In this document: positions 1-10,721 of the stretch, one piece after another
How positions within the stretch are numbered: position 1 is the first letter of the stretch
Layout: the number at the start of each line of letters is the position of its first letter
Notes under the pieces: model-generated
The model's database searches: none
What the model saw: the letters and a program-made list of their open reading frames with translations, nothing else
What the model was told of the DNA's origin: nothing
Source: Vampirovibrionales bacterium
GTDB lineage: Bacteria > Cyanobacteriota > Vampirovibrionia > Vampirovibrionales > JAJTHC01
Assembly: GCA_947458095.1 (NCBI GenBank)
Contig: CANGYO010000003.1
Location: 1-55,588 of the forward strand
Direction of reading: 5' to 3'
Length of the DNA stretch: 55,588 bases
Position numbers and translations under genes: made by a program

Positions 1-1411
1 CGATTTCACGCAAGCCTTCACGCATTTCCGCTTCTTTGTCACGCAATTCAGTGGCTTTGTCAAACTCTTGAGCCCGAATGGCTTCTTCTTTTTGACGCAC
101 CAAGGCTTTAATTTCACGCTCCAATTTCTTGCCATCTTCAGGCAAGGCACTGTTATTCAAACGCACACGAGAAGCGGCTTCATCGATGAGATCAATGGCT
201 TTGTCAGGCAAGAAGCGGTCGGAAATATAGCGATCCGACAGCGTAACCGAAGCTTCAATGGCTTCATCACTAATGGTAAGCTTGTGATGCTCTTCATACT
301 TTTCACGCAAACCACGAATGATTTCAACGGCTTCAGAAAGCGTAGGTTGATCCACAAAAACAGGCTGAAAACGACGTTCTAAAGCAGCGTCTTTTTCAAT
401 GTGCTTGCGATATTCTGAAATCGTGGTGGCACCAATGACTTGCAATTCCCCACGGCTCAAGGACGGCTTGAGGATGTTGGCGGCATCAATCGCTCCTTCC
501 GCAGCGCCAGCTCCGATGAGGGTGTGCATTTCATCAATCACCAAAATAATGTTGTTGGCTTGGCGGATTTCATCCATAACTTTTTTGAGACGTTCTTCAA
601 ACTCGCCACGATACTTGGTACCCGCGACTAATAAGCCCATATCCAACTGAATAATTTTTTTGTCTCGCAACATTTCAGGCACGTCGCTATTGACGATGCG
701 TTGAGCCAGTCCTTCGGCTAAAGCGGTTTTACCCACACCAGGTTCACCAATAAGCACAGGGTTGTTTTTGGTACGGCGACCCAAGATCTGCACCATACGC
801 TCGATTTCAACTTCACGCCCAATCACAGGATCCAACCGCAATTCTTCCGCGGCAAGCGTCAAGTTTTGCGAGAATTCGTCTAGGGTAGGCGTTTTGGTTT
901 TGCCACCGCTGGAACCGCCTGAGCTGGAGGATGATCCTGAACCACCGCCACTGCCTGAAGAGGCACTGCCACGGGTTTCACCTAACATACGAATCAAGTT
1001 GCCACGCAACTTGGTCAAATCCACGCCTAAGCTTTCAAGCACTTTGGCTGCGACGCCTTCGCCTTCACGAATCAAGCCCAACAAGAGATGTTCTGTTCCA
1101 ATATAATTATGCCCTAGTTGACGAGCTTCATCCCAAGAAAGTTCCAAAACACGCTTGGCACGAGGCGTAAAGGGGATTTCAACGGCGACAAAACCGCTTC
1201 CACGCCCAATGATTTTTTCGACTTCGGCTCGTGCTTCTTTGAGGTTGATGCCCATGCCTTTAAGGGTTTTGGCGGCAATGCCTGTGCCTTCGCCAACGAG
1301 TCCCAATAAAATTTGTTCGGTTCCAACGAAGTTATGCCCCAAACGACGTGCTTCTTCTTGTGCCAACATAATGACTTTAATGGCTTTTTCAGTAAAGCGT
1401 TCAAACATCAT
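1..1411 (-). CDS. clpC: ATP-dependent Clp protease ATP-binding subunit ClpC, N-terminal ~470 codons (runs off left edge)
   Basis: Own translation of the minus strand; it is absent from the ORF track because it has no stop in the window. ATG at 1411 gives [30 protein letters not shown] (Clp_N repeats). A Gly/Ser linker follows, then Walker [36 protein letters not shown], and a UVR-like [17 protein letters not shown] near the edge. SD-like aaggaa lies upstream. Confidence 0.9.
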   Translation of the reverse strand, partial: MMFERFTEKAIKVIMLAQEEARRLGHNFVGTEQILLGLVGEGTGIAAKTLKGMGINLKEARAEVEKIIGRGSGFVAVEIPFTPRAKRVLELSWDEARQLGHNYIGTEHLLLGLIREGEGVAAKVLESLGVDLTKLRGNLIRMLGETRGSASSGSGGGSGSSSSSGGSSGGKTKTPTLDEFSQNLTLAAEELRLDPVIGREVEIERMVQILGRRTKNNPVLIGEPGVGKTALAEGLAQRIVNSDVPEMLRDKKIIQLDMGLLVAGTKYRGEFEERLKKVMDEIRQANNIILVIDEMHTLIGAGAAEGAIDAANILKPSLSRGELQVIGATTISEYRKHIEKDAALERRFQPVFVDQPTLSEAVEIIRGLREKYEEHHKLTISDEAIEASVTLSDRYISDRFLPDKAIDLIDEAASRVRLNNSALPEDGKKLEREIKALVRQKEEAIRAQEFDKATELRDKEAEMREGLREI

Positions 1412-1652
1412 AGCAGTGTATTCCTTCACAAACAATCGACGAGCAGATTTGTAGGCACAAGATCTCCACGCTTCTATATATGTTATTAGTTTAACGGCAT
1501 TTTGAAAAAGAAACAAGTCATAAATAAAAGCTCCTCCTAAAAAAGGGGTAAGACTATCGTAACGATTGTAACTAATTTGGCGAAAGACTAGAAAAAATAA
1601 CGACAAGGTGCTTTAATTTAGGCAAACACATTTATAAAAAGGATCCCCTCCC

Positions 1653-2198
1653 ATGACCCGCCTTGACACGCAAACCAAACCTCTTTTCACCTCTGAACGC
1701 TTGGCATTCAGAGCCTTTAGCCAATCCGATTTCGATGCCTTGAAATCCCTGCACCAGCACCCCGATGTAGCGGTCAGTACCTTTACAGGCTTTAGTGATG
1801 ATGTACGAGTCCTTGAAGAACTCAACGAATATATTGAAGAATACAGCCGTTTAGGGATTTCTCAACTCTATGTTAGCGAAAAAACCACGGGTCATTTTGT
1901 GGGACGCATGGGCTTACAACATCGCGTTTGGAACCCTGAACGTGAAGAACGTGACTATGAACTGCGTTTTGCCATTCATCCTGATTTTTGGAGCAAGGGT
2001 TACGCCACAGAAGGCTCTCGGGCTGTTTTGCAATACGGCTTTGAAGAACTGCGTTTGCCTAAAATCGTGATGGCTCACTTTGACGACAACACGAAGTCTG
2101 AAGTGATTGCTCAAAAGCTGGGCTTTAAACGTACCTGCGATTTCACCGTCAAAGGGCGTGTCATTATTGGCTACGAGCAGTTGAATCCACTTGTTTAA
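1653..2198 (+). CDS. GNAT family N-acetyltransferase (RimJ/RimL-like)
   Basis: 181 aa. Contains FTSERLAFRAF...FDAL, then YELRFAIHPDFWSKGYATEGSRAVLQYGFEELRL...NTKSEVIAQKLGFK, typical of the Acetyltransf_3/GNAT core. Confidence 0.75.
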   Translation: MTRLDTQTKPLFTSERLAFRAFSQSDFDALKSLHQHPDVAVSTFTGFSDDVRVLEELNEYIEEYSRLGISQLYVSEKTTGHFVGRMGLQHRVWNPEREERDYELRFAIHPDFWSKGYATEGSRAVLQYGFEELRLPKIVMAHFDDNTKSEVIAQKLGFKRTCDFTVKGRVIIGYEQLNPLV

Positions 2199-2215
2199 AA
2201 CACTATATTAGAAAA

Positions 2216-2244
2216 GTTCCCCTTCTTTCTGTAAGAAGGGGAAC
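2216..2244. terminator. Intrinsic terminator hairpin between convergent genes
   Basis: A perfect 11-bp stem gttccccttct / agaaggggaac with a 7-nt loop. On the minus strand it is followed by uuuucuaaua, which suits the 2266-2691 gene. The plus-strand tail is weaker. Confidence 0.6.
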
Positions 2245-2265
2245 TAAAGAAATTTAGGTGCCTAA

Positions 2266-2691
2266 CTAGATTTTAAAATCTAACGGAGGCGTTTTCTGTT
2301 CTTTGGTCAGTGATTTCGGATCCATAAAGTCCCAGTTTGCATTAGAGCCTGAAGGCATACGAAATTGTCCTTGAGGAGGTGGGGGTGGCTGTAAAACACC
2401 TGATTCAAGAGCCGTGCTAAATTCAGCTTTTGAAATCTCGCCATCATCCCCAGCAATTTTATCAAACTTGGCCTTTAAATCTTGAAGGGGTTTGGCATGA
2501 GGACTTGAAGCATCCAGCTTGCTTAAAAAGTTGTCAAAATCAGCTTTTTTGATATTGCTGGAACCGTCGCCTCCTGTGGAAATAGAAAGCTTGGAAAATA
2601 AATCATCGGGGCTAGGAGGGGTAAAAGAGTTTTTATTTCCCATTCTTTGCAAAGGATTAAATGACGAATGCCCTACGGAATTAATAGACAT
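2266..2691 (-). CDS. Hypothetical Pro-rich protein with two EF-hand-like motifs
   Basis: 141 aa. Contains GGDGSSNIKKADFDNFL and GDDGEISKAEFSTAL, resembling DxDxDG-type Ca-binding loops, plus a PPPPP tract. Confidence 0.4.
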   Translation of the reverse strand: MSINSVGHSSFNPLQRMGNKNSFTPPSPDDLFSKLSISTGGDGSSNIKKADFDNFLSKLDASSPHAKPLQDLKAKFDKIAGDDGEISKAEFSTALESGVLQPPPPPQGQFRMPSGSNANWDFMDPKSLTKEQKTPPLDFKI

Positions 2692-2902
2692 AGTACGACT
2701 TCCTTCCTTAAGGTTGGCTAAAGAGACATAGCATATAAATTAAGGAGTGCTTTTGACACGCCTTAACTTAATAATGACAAAAGTATAGTAGGCTTAACTC
2801 CTTCATGAGATGTATTTTTGACCCTGTTACGATACTTGTATCTTCCACATATTTATGTTAAAAATAAAGTTGATTTAGTCTAATTGATAAGGTGGTTGAT
2901 TC

Positions 2903-3946
2903 GTGCCTGTTTCTAAAGAACGTCTTTCTGCGATAATTGACGAGTTTTCATCTAAGACGCACGCCGTCTTGGGGGACATGGTCATTGATGAAATGGTCTA
3001 TGGTCATGTGGATCGCTTGAGCCGTGAAGCCCCTGTGATTATTCTGCGTCACCATAAAACCGATGTCGTCATGGGTGGCGGAGCCAATGCCGTCCATAAT
3101 GTCGCTGCTTACGGTGCCACAACCCACGCCCTAGGCGTTTGGGGAGACGATTACTACGCCCCCCAACTCAAAACTGTGATGCAAAACGCAGGCATTCACA
3201 CCGAAGGCATGGTCACGGATGCCAGCCGTCCCACCACGACGAAAACCCGTCTTTCGGGCATGGTGAACTTTTCCGTGACGCAACAAATGTTGCGTTTAGA
3301 CCGAGAGTCTCGTGAGGCGTTGTCGGATTCCTTGAATCAGCAACTCAAAAACCAGTTAGAGGCTTTATTACCTCAAGTGAATGGTGTTTTACTGTCGGAT
3401 TACGACTTGGGCGTGGTGAATCCTTGTACGGTCGCCTATGTGCTAGACAAAGCAAAGCTCTTGGGAATCCCTGTGGCGGTGGACAGTCAAGGCGATTTGA
3501 GTCAGTTTAAAGGGGCCAGCATTCTAACGCCCAATCAGCCTGAAGCTGAAAAAAATGTGGGCTTCCCTCTCGATTCTAAAGATGCCATTAAAAAAGCAGG
3601 CAAGCTCCTGCTGGAAAAGGCGGACGCTCAACATGTCTTGATTACCTTGGGGCAAGACGGCATGGCGTTATTCGACGCCGAAAACGCCTGCGTGTCATTT
3701 ATTCCTGCCTTCAACAAGCAAGACGTCTTTGATGTGACAGGGGCAGGAGATACCGTCGTGGCGACGTGGTTGGTGGCATACGCCAGTGGGGCATCGGCTT
3801 TGGAAGCCGCGGTGTTGGGTAATTTAGCCGCAAGTTTGGTGGTGCGGATTTTTGGTTCAGCGGTGACCTCTCAAAGCGAACTGCTCAAAAGCCTGCAACA
3901 CTTGGATGACTCTTTACTTCTCTCTATTACAACTGAAACTCTATAA
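2903..3946 (+). CDS. PfkB-family sugar kinase, D-glycero-beta-D-manno-heptose-7-phosphate kinase-like (RfaE domain I / HldA type)
   Basis: GTG start, 347 aa. Contains VLGDMVIDEMVYGHVDRLSREAPV...GGGANAVHNVAAYGA and the C-terminal DVTGAGDTV anion hole. No adenylyltransferase domain is fused. Confidence 0.7.
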   Translation: MPVSKERLSAIIDEFSSKTHAVLGDMVIDEMVYGHVDRLSREAPVIILRHHKTDVVMGGGANAVHNVAAYGATTHALGVWGDDYYAPQLKTVMQNAGIHTEGMVTDASRPTTTKTRLSGMVNFSVTQQMLRLDRESREALSDSLNQQLKNQLEALLPQVNGVLLSDYDLGVVNPCTVAYVLDKAKLLGIPVAVDSQGDLSQFKGASILTPNQPEAEKNVGFPLDSKDAIKKAGKLLLEKADAQHVLITLGQDGMALFDAENACVSFIPAFNKQDVFDVTGAGDTVVATWLVAYASGASALEAAVLGNLAASLVVRIFGSAVTSQSELLKSLQHLDDSLLLSITTETL

Positions 3947-3957
3947 GGAAAATAATT

Positions 3958-4191
3958 ATGATCAACATAAGAAAGATGCCGACTACATATAAAGAACAAA
4001 TTCAAAAAATTAATGAACTTCGTCCTGTCATAAACGCCATTAAAGAAACAGAAGCAATTCGTCAAAAATGGCTAAAGGATCTTTATCCACAGGAACAAAA
4101 TCAAAGCTCTAAAAAAGTAGATTATCGTGCTTTAGCCCTACCTTATTTATCTAAAGAATTGAACGATATAGTACAACAACAACTATCTTAA
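3958..4191 (+). CDS. Small hypothetical protein
   Basis: 77-aa ORF with an aagga SD-like sequence upstream, packed between two same-strand genes. I recognise no family. Confidence 0.35.
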   Translation: MINIRKMPTTYKEQIQKINELRPVINAIKETEAIRQKWLKDLYPQEQNQSSKKVDYRALALPYLSKELNDIVQQQLS

Positions 4192-4204
4192 AAGGAAAAC
4201 CCCT

Positions 4205-4732
4205 ATGCCCCTACTCGATACACACGGTCGCTTGTTTGGAAAGTTTAACGTCCTTGATGCAGGACTCGTCTTGCTCCTCGCCGTCGGAGGCTTAGGCGTC
4301 TTCTTGGTGCAAAGCAACTTGCACGCCACGTCCCAAGCGATGGTCGAAGGCGAAACGGATATTGATGTTCGCATCATGTTCACCCTGCGTAGTGAAGATG
4401 CTCAACTGCTCAAAGCGGGCGAAAAAACGAACATCACCATTCGCAACCAGCCTCGTGGCGAAGTGAAAATCTTGGATGTCCAAAAAGCCCCCGTGCAAGT
4501 GATGCTCGCCGTCAATGGCAAGCCCACCGCTGTTACCGATACCACTGAAAAAGACGTAAATAGCTACTGGGTTACGCTTCGGGATCACGCCACGATCACG
4601 AAAGAAGGCTATGTCGCTGAAGGCGTGAAAGTCAAGGTCGGCGTGCCTGTGGACTTAGAAGGCTTCAAATATTTTGTGCATGGTGGCATTGTGGATGTCC
4701 GCCCTGTTGCGGATGCCGTTGGAAAAGCCTAA
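4205..4732 (+). CDS. DUF4330-like membrane-anchored protein
   Basis: 175 aa. The N-terminus PLLDTHGRLFGKFNVLDAGLVLLLAVGGLG matches the characteristic DUF4330 start (GRLFGK.N..D plus a TM helix). An aagga SD is present, and the stop overlaps the next ATG (TAATG). Confidence 0.55.
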   Translation: MPLLDTHGRLFGKFNVLDAGLVLLLAVGGLGVFLVQSNLHATSQAMVEGETDIDVRIMFTLRSEDAQLLKAGEKTNITIRNQPRGEVKILDVQKAPVQVMLAVNGKPTAVTDTTEKDVNSYWVTLRDHATITKEGYVAEGVKVKVGVPVDLEGFKYFVHGGIVDVRPVADAVGKA

Positions 4733-6216
4733 TGACAGATTCTATCCAAACAAGCTATCCTCCTTTTTTAGGGGAATCTAAACTCTTTCAAACAGGCGTG
4801 CAGGGGCAAGTTAGTTTGCATCAGTGGCTTGTTTCAGGCTGGGAAACATCGATTTTGGGACGTTTGTGCATCCAAACCTTGGCTCGCAACGTGCAAAATG
4901 CCGACACGAATCACGCCTCGTTGTGGCTAGGCATCTTACCTGCGATTGGCATTTTAGGCATTTTAATCGGCGTGACCTTCTTAGGCACGGGCGTTTTGGG
5001 TGGACTCGTGCTTGCCTTGGGCGGATTCATCTTGGTTGCCAGCGTGGTGAGCGGTCGTAACGCATGGGTCAAGCATCCCCATCTCTTGGATGCCTTAATC
5101 ATCTTATTTTTTCTCACTTATGCCGTTTCTGCCTGCTTTTCAAGCCTTCAACCGCAGGCTTTTATCGGCTTTATTAAGCAGTCTATTTTCCTCGTGGCGT
5201 ATTTGAGTTTTCGCTCCACATGGCATCACGCCCCCTCCCTCTTACGTTGGGGATTCCCCCTGCTCCTGCTTTTAGGAGGCATCCAAGCGGTGATCGGCTG
5301 GTTGCAAGTGCATGGTTACGCTGGTGAACTCGCGGGCTGGACGGATGCCAACACGCCCGAAGAACTCAAGTTGAATCGTGTGTACGGCACGCTCAAGCCC
5401 TACAATCCCAACTTGCTGGCTGCTTTTTTCGTCGCCAGTAGCGGTGCGGGCTTGTGGACGCTTTTACAAGTCGCCACAAAACCCTTTCGCTTTGTCTTTC
5501 CGTGGCTTTTGGTAATTTTAGGCTTGACTGCGTTGGTCTTGTATGGCGTGGTGATGACGGGTTGTCGTGGGGCGTATCTCGGGGTTTTTGTGTCGATGTT
5601 GGCTCTTTTTATGTTGAGTTTTCCATTGCTGAAAACCGACACCACCTTAAAAGAAGTGAAATGGCTCGCTTCGGCGTGGATGGCTTCATCGGTTTTGGCA
5701 ATTGGGGCTGTTGCGGTGGTTTTATTCAGCAGTGAAAAGCTCATGCACCGCGTCACCAGCATTTTCGCCTTTCGTGGGGATTCTTCTATTTCGTATCGCA
5801 TGAACGTGTATATCAGTGCATGGCGTATGTTTTGCGACAATTGGATCTTTGGCATTGGGCCTTCTAACACGGTTTTTAAAAAAGTCTATGGCTATTACAT
5901 GACCCCTGGTTTCAACGCCTTAGGGGCGTATTCGGTGCCGTTAGAAATCCTCGTCGAGCAAGGGATCTTAGGCTTTGGCGTCTTTTTGGGCATCGTGGGG
6001 AGCGTGTTTCAACAAATGGTGCAACATCTATTTGATGAGAGGAAGGCGTTGGCTCCAAAATTGAGCGTTTTGAGTCTTGCGGTAGGGTTGTTGGCGTTTA
6101 TGGGGCATGGCTTTTTTGACACCGTTTTGTACCGTCCGCCGATTATGTTGCCCTTTTTGTTTATGCTCAGTGCTTTGGTCAATTTTGTGTCGTCTGATGT
6201 TGATACCAATTCTTAG
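4732..6216 (+). CDS. O-antigen ligase (Wzy_C) family polytopic membrane protein, IctB-like
   Basis: 494 aa with many TM segments. A central GCRGAYLGVFVS block and a large loop are typical of the O-antigen ligase/IctB family. Translationally coupled to the DUF4330 gene. Confidence 0.65.
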   Translation: MTDSIQTSYPPFLGESKLFQTGVQGQVSLHQWLVSGWETSILGRLCIQTLARNVQNADTNHASLWLGILPAIGILGILIGVTFLGTGVLGGLVLALGGFILVASVVSGRNAWVKHPHLLDALIILFFLTYAVSACFSSLQPQAFIGFIKQSIFLVAYLSFRSTWHHAPSLLRWGFPLLLLLGGIQAVIGWLQVHGYAGELAGWTDANTPEELKLNRVYGTLKPYNPNLLAAFFVASSGAGLWTLLQVATKPFRFVFPWLLVILGLTALVLYGVVMTGCRGAYLGVFVSMLALFMLSFPLLKTDTTLKEVKWLASAWMASSVLAIGAVAVVLFSSEKLMHRVTSIFAFRGDSSISYRMNVYISAWRMFCDNWIFGIGPSNTVFKKVYGYYMTPGFNALGAYSVPLEILVEQGILGFGVFLGIVGSVFQQMVQHLFDERKALAPKLSVLSLAVGLLAFMGHGFFDTVLYRPPIMLPFLFMLSALVNFVSSDVDTNS

Positions 6217-6324
6217 ATTAAATAGCGTCTGGCGTCTTCGTTGTCGCTACGATTCTCGATGTGCTTATGTACGTTTGTGTACACCTCACACATCTGCGAG
6301 TCTAGGCTCCTAGAATCCGCCTAG
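6216..6324 (+). repeat. Dispersed intergenic repeat, family 2, full copy A
   Basis: The blocks gattaaatagcg..cttcgttgtcgcta..gatgtgcttatgtac..gtacac..tctaggctcctagaatccgcctag recur at 15421, 20221, 32651, 33862, 48484 and 49741. Confidence 0.7.
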
Positions 6325-6475
6325 TCGCTTTTCAATCTAAGAAATGGTATGAATAGGTTATGGCATAGCTTTCTATACAAATAAGCCCTTGTAATTTGAC
6401 GATGTTTTGCTTAGAATAAGTAAAGTTCACGGATAAACTCGTGAGTCTTCTTTAATCTAAAAAGGATTCCCTATT

Positions 6476-6685
6476 ATGAAAGCTGGTATTCACCCTGATT
6501 ATCAACAAGTTGAAGTGGTTTGCGTTTGTGGCAATAGCTTCTTGGTTGGTTCAACATCCAAAGTCATTCGTGTGGAAATTTGTTCCGCCTGTCACCCTAT
6601 TTATAGCGGAGACGGTTCTCGTATTGTGGACACGGAAGGTCGTGTGGAACGTTTCAAACGTCGTTATACCAAAGCCAACGGTTAA
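6476..6685 (+). CDS. rpmE: 50S ribosomal protein L31
   Basis: [22 protein letters not shown]...[10 protein letters not shown]...VERFKRRY is a canonical L31 with a CxxC zinc motif. Confidence 0.95.
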   Translation: MKAGIHPDYQQVEVVCVCGNSFLVGSTSKVIRVEICSACHPIYSGDGSRIVDTEGRVERFKRRYTKANG

Positions 6686-6702
6686 AAACGTATTGCGTGA
6701 AA

Positions 6703-6750
6703 AAGGGAATGGCGTCATGCTGTTCCCTTACTCTATTTTCTGTATTTTTT
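6703..6750 (+). terminator. Possible rpmE terminator
   Basis: A 7-bp stem aagggaa/ttccctt with a 13-nt loop, followed by the T-rich tail ctattttctgtatttttt. The stem is weak. Confidence 0.35.
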
Positions 6751-6770
6751 AGGAATGAAAGTGCTTCTTT

Positions 6771-7865
6771 ATGGATATTAAATTTGTTCGTCAGTTGGAA
6801 ACCATTGAATCCACTTACGCACAATTAGGCGATGAGTTGATGGATCCTGCGGTGTTGACCTCGCCGTCTAAAATGAAGGACTTGGGCAAAAAGCGTGCCA
6901 GTCTTCAAGAAACCATTGATGCCTTTGAAGCGTGGAAGGCACTCACCGCAAGCATTAGCGATTGCCAAGTTTGCTTGAAAGAAGAAAAAGATCAGGAAAT
7001 GCGGGATTTTTTGAGCGAAGAACTCGCTGAAAACAAAGCCAAGCTTGAGATTTTAGAAGCCGCTATTGAAGTCTTATTACTGCCGAAAGATCCCAATGAC
7101 ACCAAAGACATTGTGCTTGAAATTCGTGGCAGTGCAGGAGGCGATGAAGCCAACATTTTCGCAGGCGATTTAATGCGGATGTATCTGCGGTTTGCCACTC
7201 GCAAGGGCTGGAAAACCGAAATCGTCACCATTAACGAATCGGATCAAGGCGGTGTTTCCGAAGTCATTATGAACGTCAGCGGAGACAACGTTTACGGTCA
7301 GTTAAAGTACGAATCAGGGGTGCATCGGGTGCAACGGGTGCCGACGACTGAATCGCAAGGGCGTGTGCATACATCCACCGCTACAGTTGCCGTTATGCCT
7401 GAAGTGGATGATGTTTCCATTACCGTAAACCAAGCCGATATTGAGATTCAAACCATTCGATCTGGCGGAGCAGGTGGGCAGAACGTCAACAAGGTGGAAA
7501 CGGCGGTTCGTTTGTTTCACAAGCCTTCAGGCATTCAAATCCACTGTACCGCAGAACGTAGCCAGCATCAAAACCGAGAAGTGGCGATGCAACTATTAAA
7601 GTCTAAATTGTACGATTTAGAGCTTCAAAAACAAAATAAAGAATTGAGCGATTTGCGTCGTTCGCAAGTCGGTTCAGGCGATCGTTCGGAACGCATTCGC
7701 ACTTACAATTTCCCGCAGGACAGACTGACCGAGCATCGTATTGGACAGAACTTTCCGTTGACGCCTGCGATCGGTGAAGGCGAGCTAGAAGACGTGATTT
7801 CATCGCTGATGATTGCGGATCAAAAAGCCAAAATGGAAAAGCTTTCGCAATTTGGTGATGCTTAA
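6771..7865 (+). CDS. prfA: Peptide chain release factor 1
   Basis: 364 aa. Has the GGQ motif [18 protein letters not shown] and the RF1-type PxT ([14 protein letters not shown]). There is no SPF motif and no frameshift site. Confidence 0.95.
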   Translation: MDIKFVRQLETIESTYAQLGDELMDPAVLTSPSKMKDLGKKRASLQETIDAFEAWKALTASISDCQVCLKEEKDQEMRDFLSEELAENKAKLEILEAAIEVLLLPKDPNDTKDIVLEIRGSAGGDEANIFAGDLMRMYLRFATRKGWKTEIVTINESDQGGVSEVIMNVSGDNVYGQLKYESGVHRVQRVPTTESQGRVHTSTATVAVMPEVDDVSITVNQADIEIQTIRSGGAGGQNVNKVETAVRLFHKPSGIQIHCTAERSQHQNREVAMQLLKSKLYDLELQKQNKELSDLRRSQVGSGDRSERIRTYNFPQDRLTEHRIGQNFPLTPAIGEGELEDVISSLMIADQKAKMEKLSQFGDA

Positions 7866-7953
7866 CGGTGTTGGGGGCCTTCTCTGTGCCTTCCATAGGA
7901 AGCTCTGCAAAAGTCTGAAAATGGCTAAAAGTAGATCCCAAAAGGATACCCCC

Positions 7954-8718
7954 ATGGCACGCAAACGCCTTTTCTTGCCAGACAATTCCACCCCGTGGAC
8001 GTTTGAGAGCCTACACAGCCTTGATGATGCGGATACCCTGCATCATCTCTTGACGGTGCAACGGCTCAAACCCACCGATACACTGGCTTGCGTCGATACT
8101 CAAAACCAGCAGGTTTTTCATGCCGAAATTGAAGTGATTCACAAAAAAAGCATTGTCTTAAAAAACGTGCAAACGGTTGAGGTGCCTGATACAACGCCTG
8201 CCTTAAAGGTGACTTTATACGCCAGCTTGCTGAAAGAACAGGCGTGGGATGTCTTGCTTCAAAAGGCTTGCGAATTGGGTGTTTACGCTATTCAGCCACT
8301 ATTGAGCGAGTTCACCGTCATCAAGGGGGGGCATGGCTCGAATAAGCAAGAGCGTTGGCAACGCATCGTGAAAGATGCGGCACTTCAATGCGAAAGCCTT
8401 TACATTCCGCACGTTTACGCACCGCTTGCTTTTCAAGATGCCCTAGAGCAAAGCCCGTCCACAAGCTTTGCCTTGGTGGAACGTCACGACGAAGCGGTGA
8501 AACCCTTAAGCCAAGCCGTGCAAGGGATGAATCCCCATTTGCAAGCAGGCTTGTGGGTCGGTGCCGAAGGGGGTTGGTCGCCTGCTGAAAAACAGGCGTT
8601 GACGACTCATCCGCAAATAAAACCGTGCCACTTAGGCAACCGCATCTTGCGAGCCGAAACCGCCAGCCTCGTAGGATTGACACTCTTATTACACGGAGGC
8701 TTCCATGAATCCGACTAA
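7954..8718 (+). CDS. rsmE: 16S rRNA (uracil1498-N3)-methyltransferase RsmE
   Basis: C-terminal VGAEGGWSPAE...LGNRILRAETA motifs. The ORF opens at 7813, overlapping prfA. I prefer the ATG at 7954 (MARKRLFLP), but the ATG at 7921 is also possible. Confidence 0.8.
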   Translation: MARKRLFLPDNSTPWTFESLHSLDDADTLHHLLTVQRLKPTDTLACVDTQNQQVFHAEIEVIHKKSIVLKNVQTVEVPDTTPALKVTLYASLLKEQAWDVLLQKACELGVYAIQPLLSEFTVIKGGHGSNKQERWQRIVKDAALQCESLYIPHVYAPLAFQDALEQSPSTSFALVERHDEAVKPLSQAVQGMNPHLQAGLWVGAEGGWSPAEKQALTTHPQIKPCHLGNRILRAETASLVGLTLLLHGGFHESD

Positions 8719-10150
8719 TGTTTTCACCCCCCTTCTAAGCGATGCTCGTATTGTGGCGTTGAATGACGTGCTACAATCCTTCACTGGAGCAGAAGCCTAC
8801 CTCGTGGGCGGTGCGGTGCGTGATGCTTTATTAAAAAAGCCGTTGCCTCTTGAAGATATGGATGTCAGCGTACTGGGAGCGTCCGCCAAAGCGGTGGCTC
8901 ACGCCGTGCAGGAAGGGGTTCCGCATACACGGCTGGTGGTGCTGGATGAGTCTTGGGGGATTTATCGGGTGGTCTTTTTGCATGAAGACAAGCAAAGTCC
9001 GCCGCTATTTTTGGATGTCGTGCAGGTGCAAGGCGATGATATTAAAGCGGATTTGGCTCGTCGGGATTTGACGGTGAACGCCCTTGCGTTGCATACGCAA
9101 AGTGGTGAATTGCTCGATTTATACGAAGGTCAAGCCGATTTAGACGCTGGTATTATTCGAGCCCTAAGCCTTGAAAACCTCAAGGACGATCCCTTGCGGA
9201 TTCTGCGGATTTTTCGCTTTCATGCGAGCTTAAACACGGTTCAAACCCCTAGCACGATTGAAACTACGACCTTAAACTGGGCAAAAGATTGCCTGCCTTA
9301 CTTACATAGCGTCGCCAAAGAACGCATGGCAGTCGAGTGGTTTAAATTACTTTCGGCGGAACGAGCCTTTCCCACGATCCAAATCATGGCGGATGCGGGT
9401 ATTTTAGAAGCCTTATTCCCACCGCTAAAAGCCTTGAAAATGGTGAGTCCTAACACGCATCATCATTTGCCGTTGTGGGAACATAGCCTAGAGCTGGTGA
9501 ATCAAGCCGAAACCATTTATCCGCAACTCGACGCCCAAACGCAAGAGGCTTTGACGCACCCCAGCAGTCATGGAGCTACGGAATACGGCTTGGTGAAAAT
9601 GGCGTGCTTGTTTCACGATATTGCCAAACCGCATACATGGCAGGTAGAAGCCAACTTTCGGCATCGATTCTTGGGGCATGAAAAAAAGGGCGTTGACGTG
9701 CTAAGTCCTTTGTTGAGTGAATGGAAACTGAGCCAAGCGGTGAAGCATCGGGTGAGTCGCTTGGTGGAATGGCATTTGTATCCGTGTACGTTTGACGAGC
9801 AAAGCAGTGAAAAAAGCAGGCTCCGCTTTTTTAGGCGTATCGCAGAAGACACGCCGTTTCTCATTGTGCTGGCTTTGGCGGATACCTTAAGCACACGAGG
9901 TCACGCCTTTACGCCTGACGCCCTTGCCACCGCCCAAGCCGACTTGCTGGATGTGTTGCATCGCTATTGGCAGGGGAAGTCTCAACGCCAAGCCCCGCCA
10001 TTGTTGGACGGTGAAAGCATCATGCAGGCGTTGGGGATTCCCCCGAGTCCGAAAGTCGGTCAGATATTCGGACAACTGAAAGACGCCCAAGCCTTGGGAC
10101 GCATCCATACGAGGGAAGAGGCTCTAGATTTTATTCGTCAATTGCAATAA
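8705..10150 (+). CDS. cca: CCA tRNA nucleotidyltransferase / poly(A) polymerase family enzyme with HD domain
   Basis: YLVGGAVRDALL...DMDV, RRDLTVNALA, and an HD region LFHDIAKP...GHEKKG. 481 aa. Confidence 0.85.
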   Translation: MNPTNVFTPLLSDARIVALNDVLQSFTGAEAYLVGGAVRDALLKKPLPLEDMDVSVLGASAKAVAHAVQEGVPHTRLVVLDESWGIYRVVFLHEDKQSPPLFLDVVQVQGDDIKADLARRDLTVNALALHTQSGELLDLYEGQADLDAGIIRALSLENLKDDPLRILRIFRFHASLNTVQTPSTIETTTLNWAKDCLPYLHSVAKERMAVEWFKLLSAERAFPTIQIMADAGILEALFPPLKALKMVSPNTHHHLPLWEHSLELVNQAETIYPQLDAQTQEALTHPSSHGATEYGLVKMACLFHDIAKPHTWQVEANFRHRFLGHEKKGVDVLSPLLSEWKLSQAVKHRVSRLVEWHLYPCTFDEQSSEKSRLRFFRRIAEDTPFLIVLALADTLSTRGHAFTPDALATAQADLLDVLHRYWQGKSQRQAPPLLDGESIMQALGIPPSPKVGQIFGQLKDAQALGRIHTREEALDFIRQLQ

Positions 10151-10570
10151 GGTCGGCACCAGCAACGCCCCTGCCTGCGATTTGGTCACCACCGTGTAAG
10201 GATGCGACGGTACATCATCCGCCCCACTCACGATAATGACTCGTTCGGCTGGCAAACCTTGAGCCACCCAAGCATTCACCAACGCCAAGCCGTCATCGCC
10301 ATTCGCCAGTTGCCAATCCATTAACACCACATCCGCCCACTGGGGAGCCGTCTGCTTGGCACTAAGGGTTAACCAATCTTGCGTTTTTTCAGCACAATCG
10401 GCACGCTGAATATGAACGTCGGGGAATGCCATGCCGACTAAAAGCGAAAAGGCGTCTTGCCATTTGGCTTCATCTTCCACGATCCACACGGTGGGGGTTG
10501 TCGGGGTAGATTTTTTAGGGGAACGTGTCCGTCGGTTACTGCGAAGGCTTGTATTTTTAAGGGGTATCAT
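10124..10570 (-). CDS. Single-domain response regulator (CheY-like receiver)
   Basis: VWIVEDE...VVLMDWQLANGDDG...VIIVSG receiver motifs. I chose the ATG at 10570 (MIPLKN); the ORF-track start at 10711 is less likely. The 3' end overlaps the cca 3' end. Confidence 0.7.
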   Translation of the reverse strand: MIPLKNTSLRSNRRTRSPKKSTPTTPTVWIVEDEAKWQDAFSLLVGMAFPDVHIQRADCAEKTQDWLTLSAKQTAPQWADVVLMDWQLANGDDGLALVNAWVAQGLPAERVIIVSGADDVPSHPYTVVTKSQAGALLVPTLLQLTNKI

Positions 10571-10721
10571 CGTGTTAACTCTAATCCTTGTGCTAGGTTC
10601 AACGTAGTGGCAACTAACCTTGAGGTGTACATTAAGTATACGATAACAAAAGGGCGTCCCAAAAGCATCCCCTATATGGTTGAAAATTGTCTTCTGTAGA
10701 AAGATCTGCAAAAGGGGAAAT

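Noticed and set aside
68-1454. Multiple plus- and minus-strand ORFs in the track (68-382, 399-650, 762-1106, 1114-1404, 1155-1454 and others)
   Set aside because: All lie inside, mostly antisense to, a clearly recognisable clpC reading frame on the minus strand. Their translations are low-complexity with no motifs.
6771-7865. Programmed +1 frameshift in the release factor gene
   Set aside because: The gene is RF1 (PxT motif) and is a single uninterrupted ORF. The autoregulatory frameshift is a feature of prfB, not prfA.
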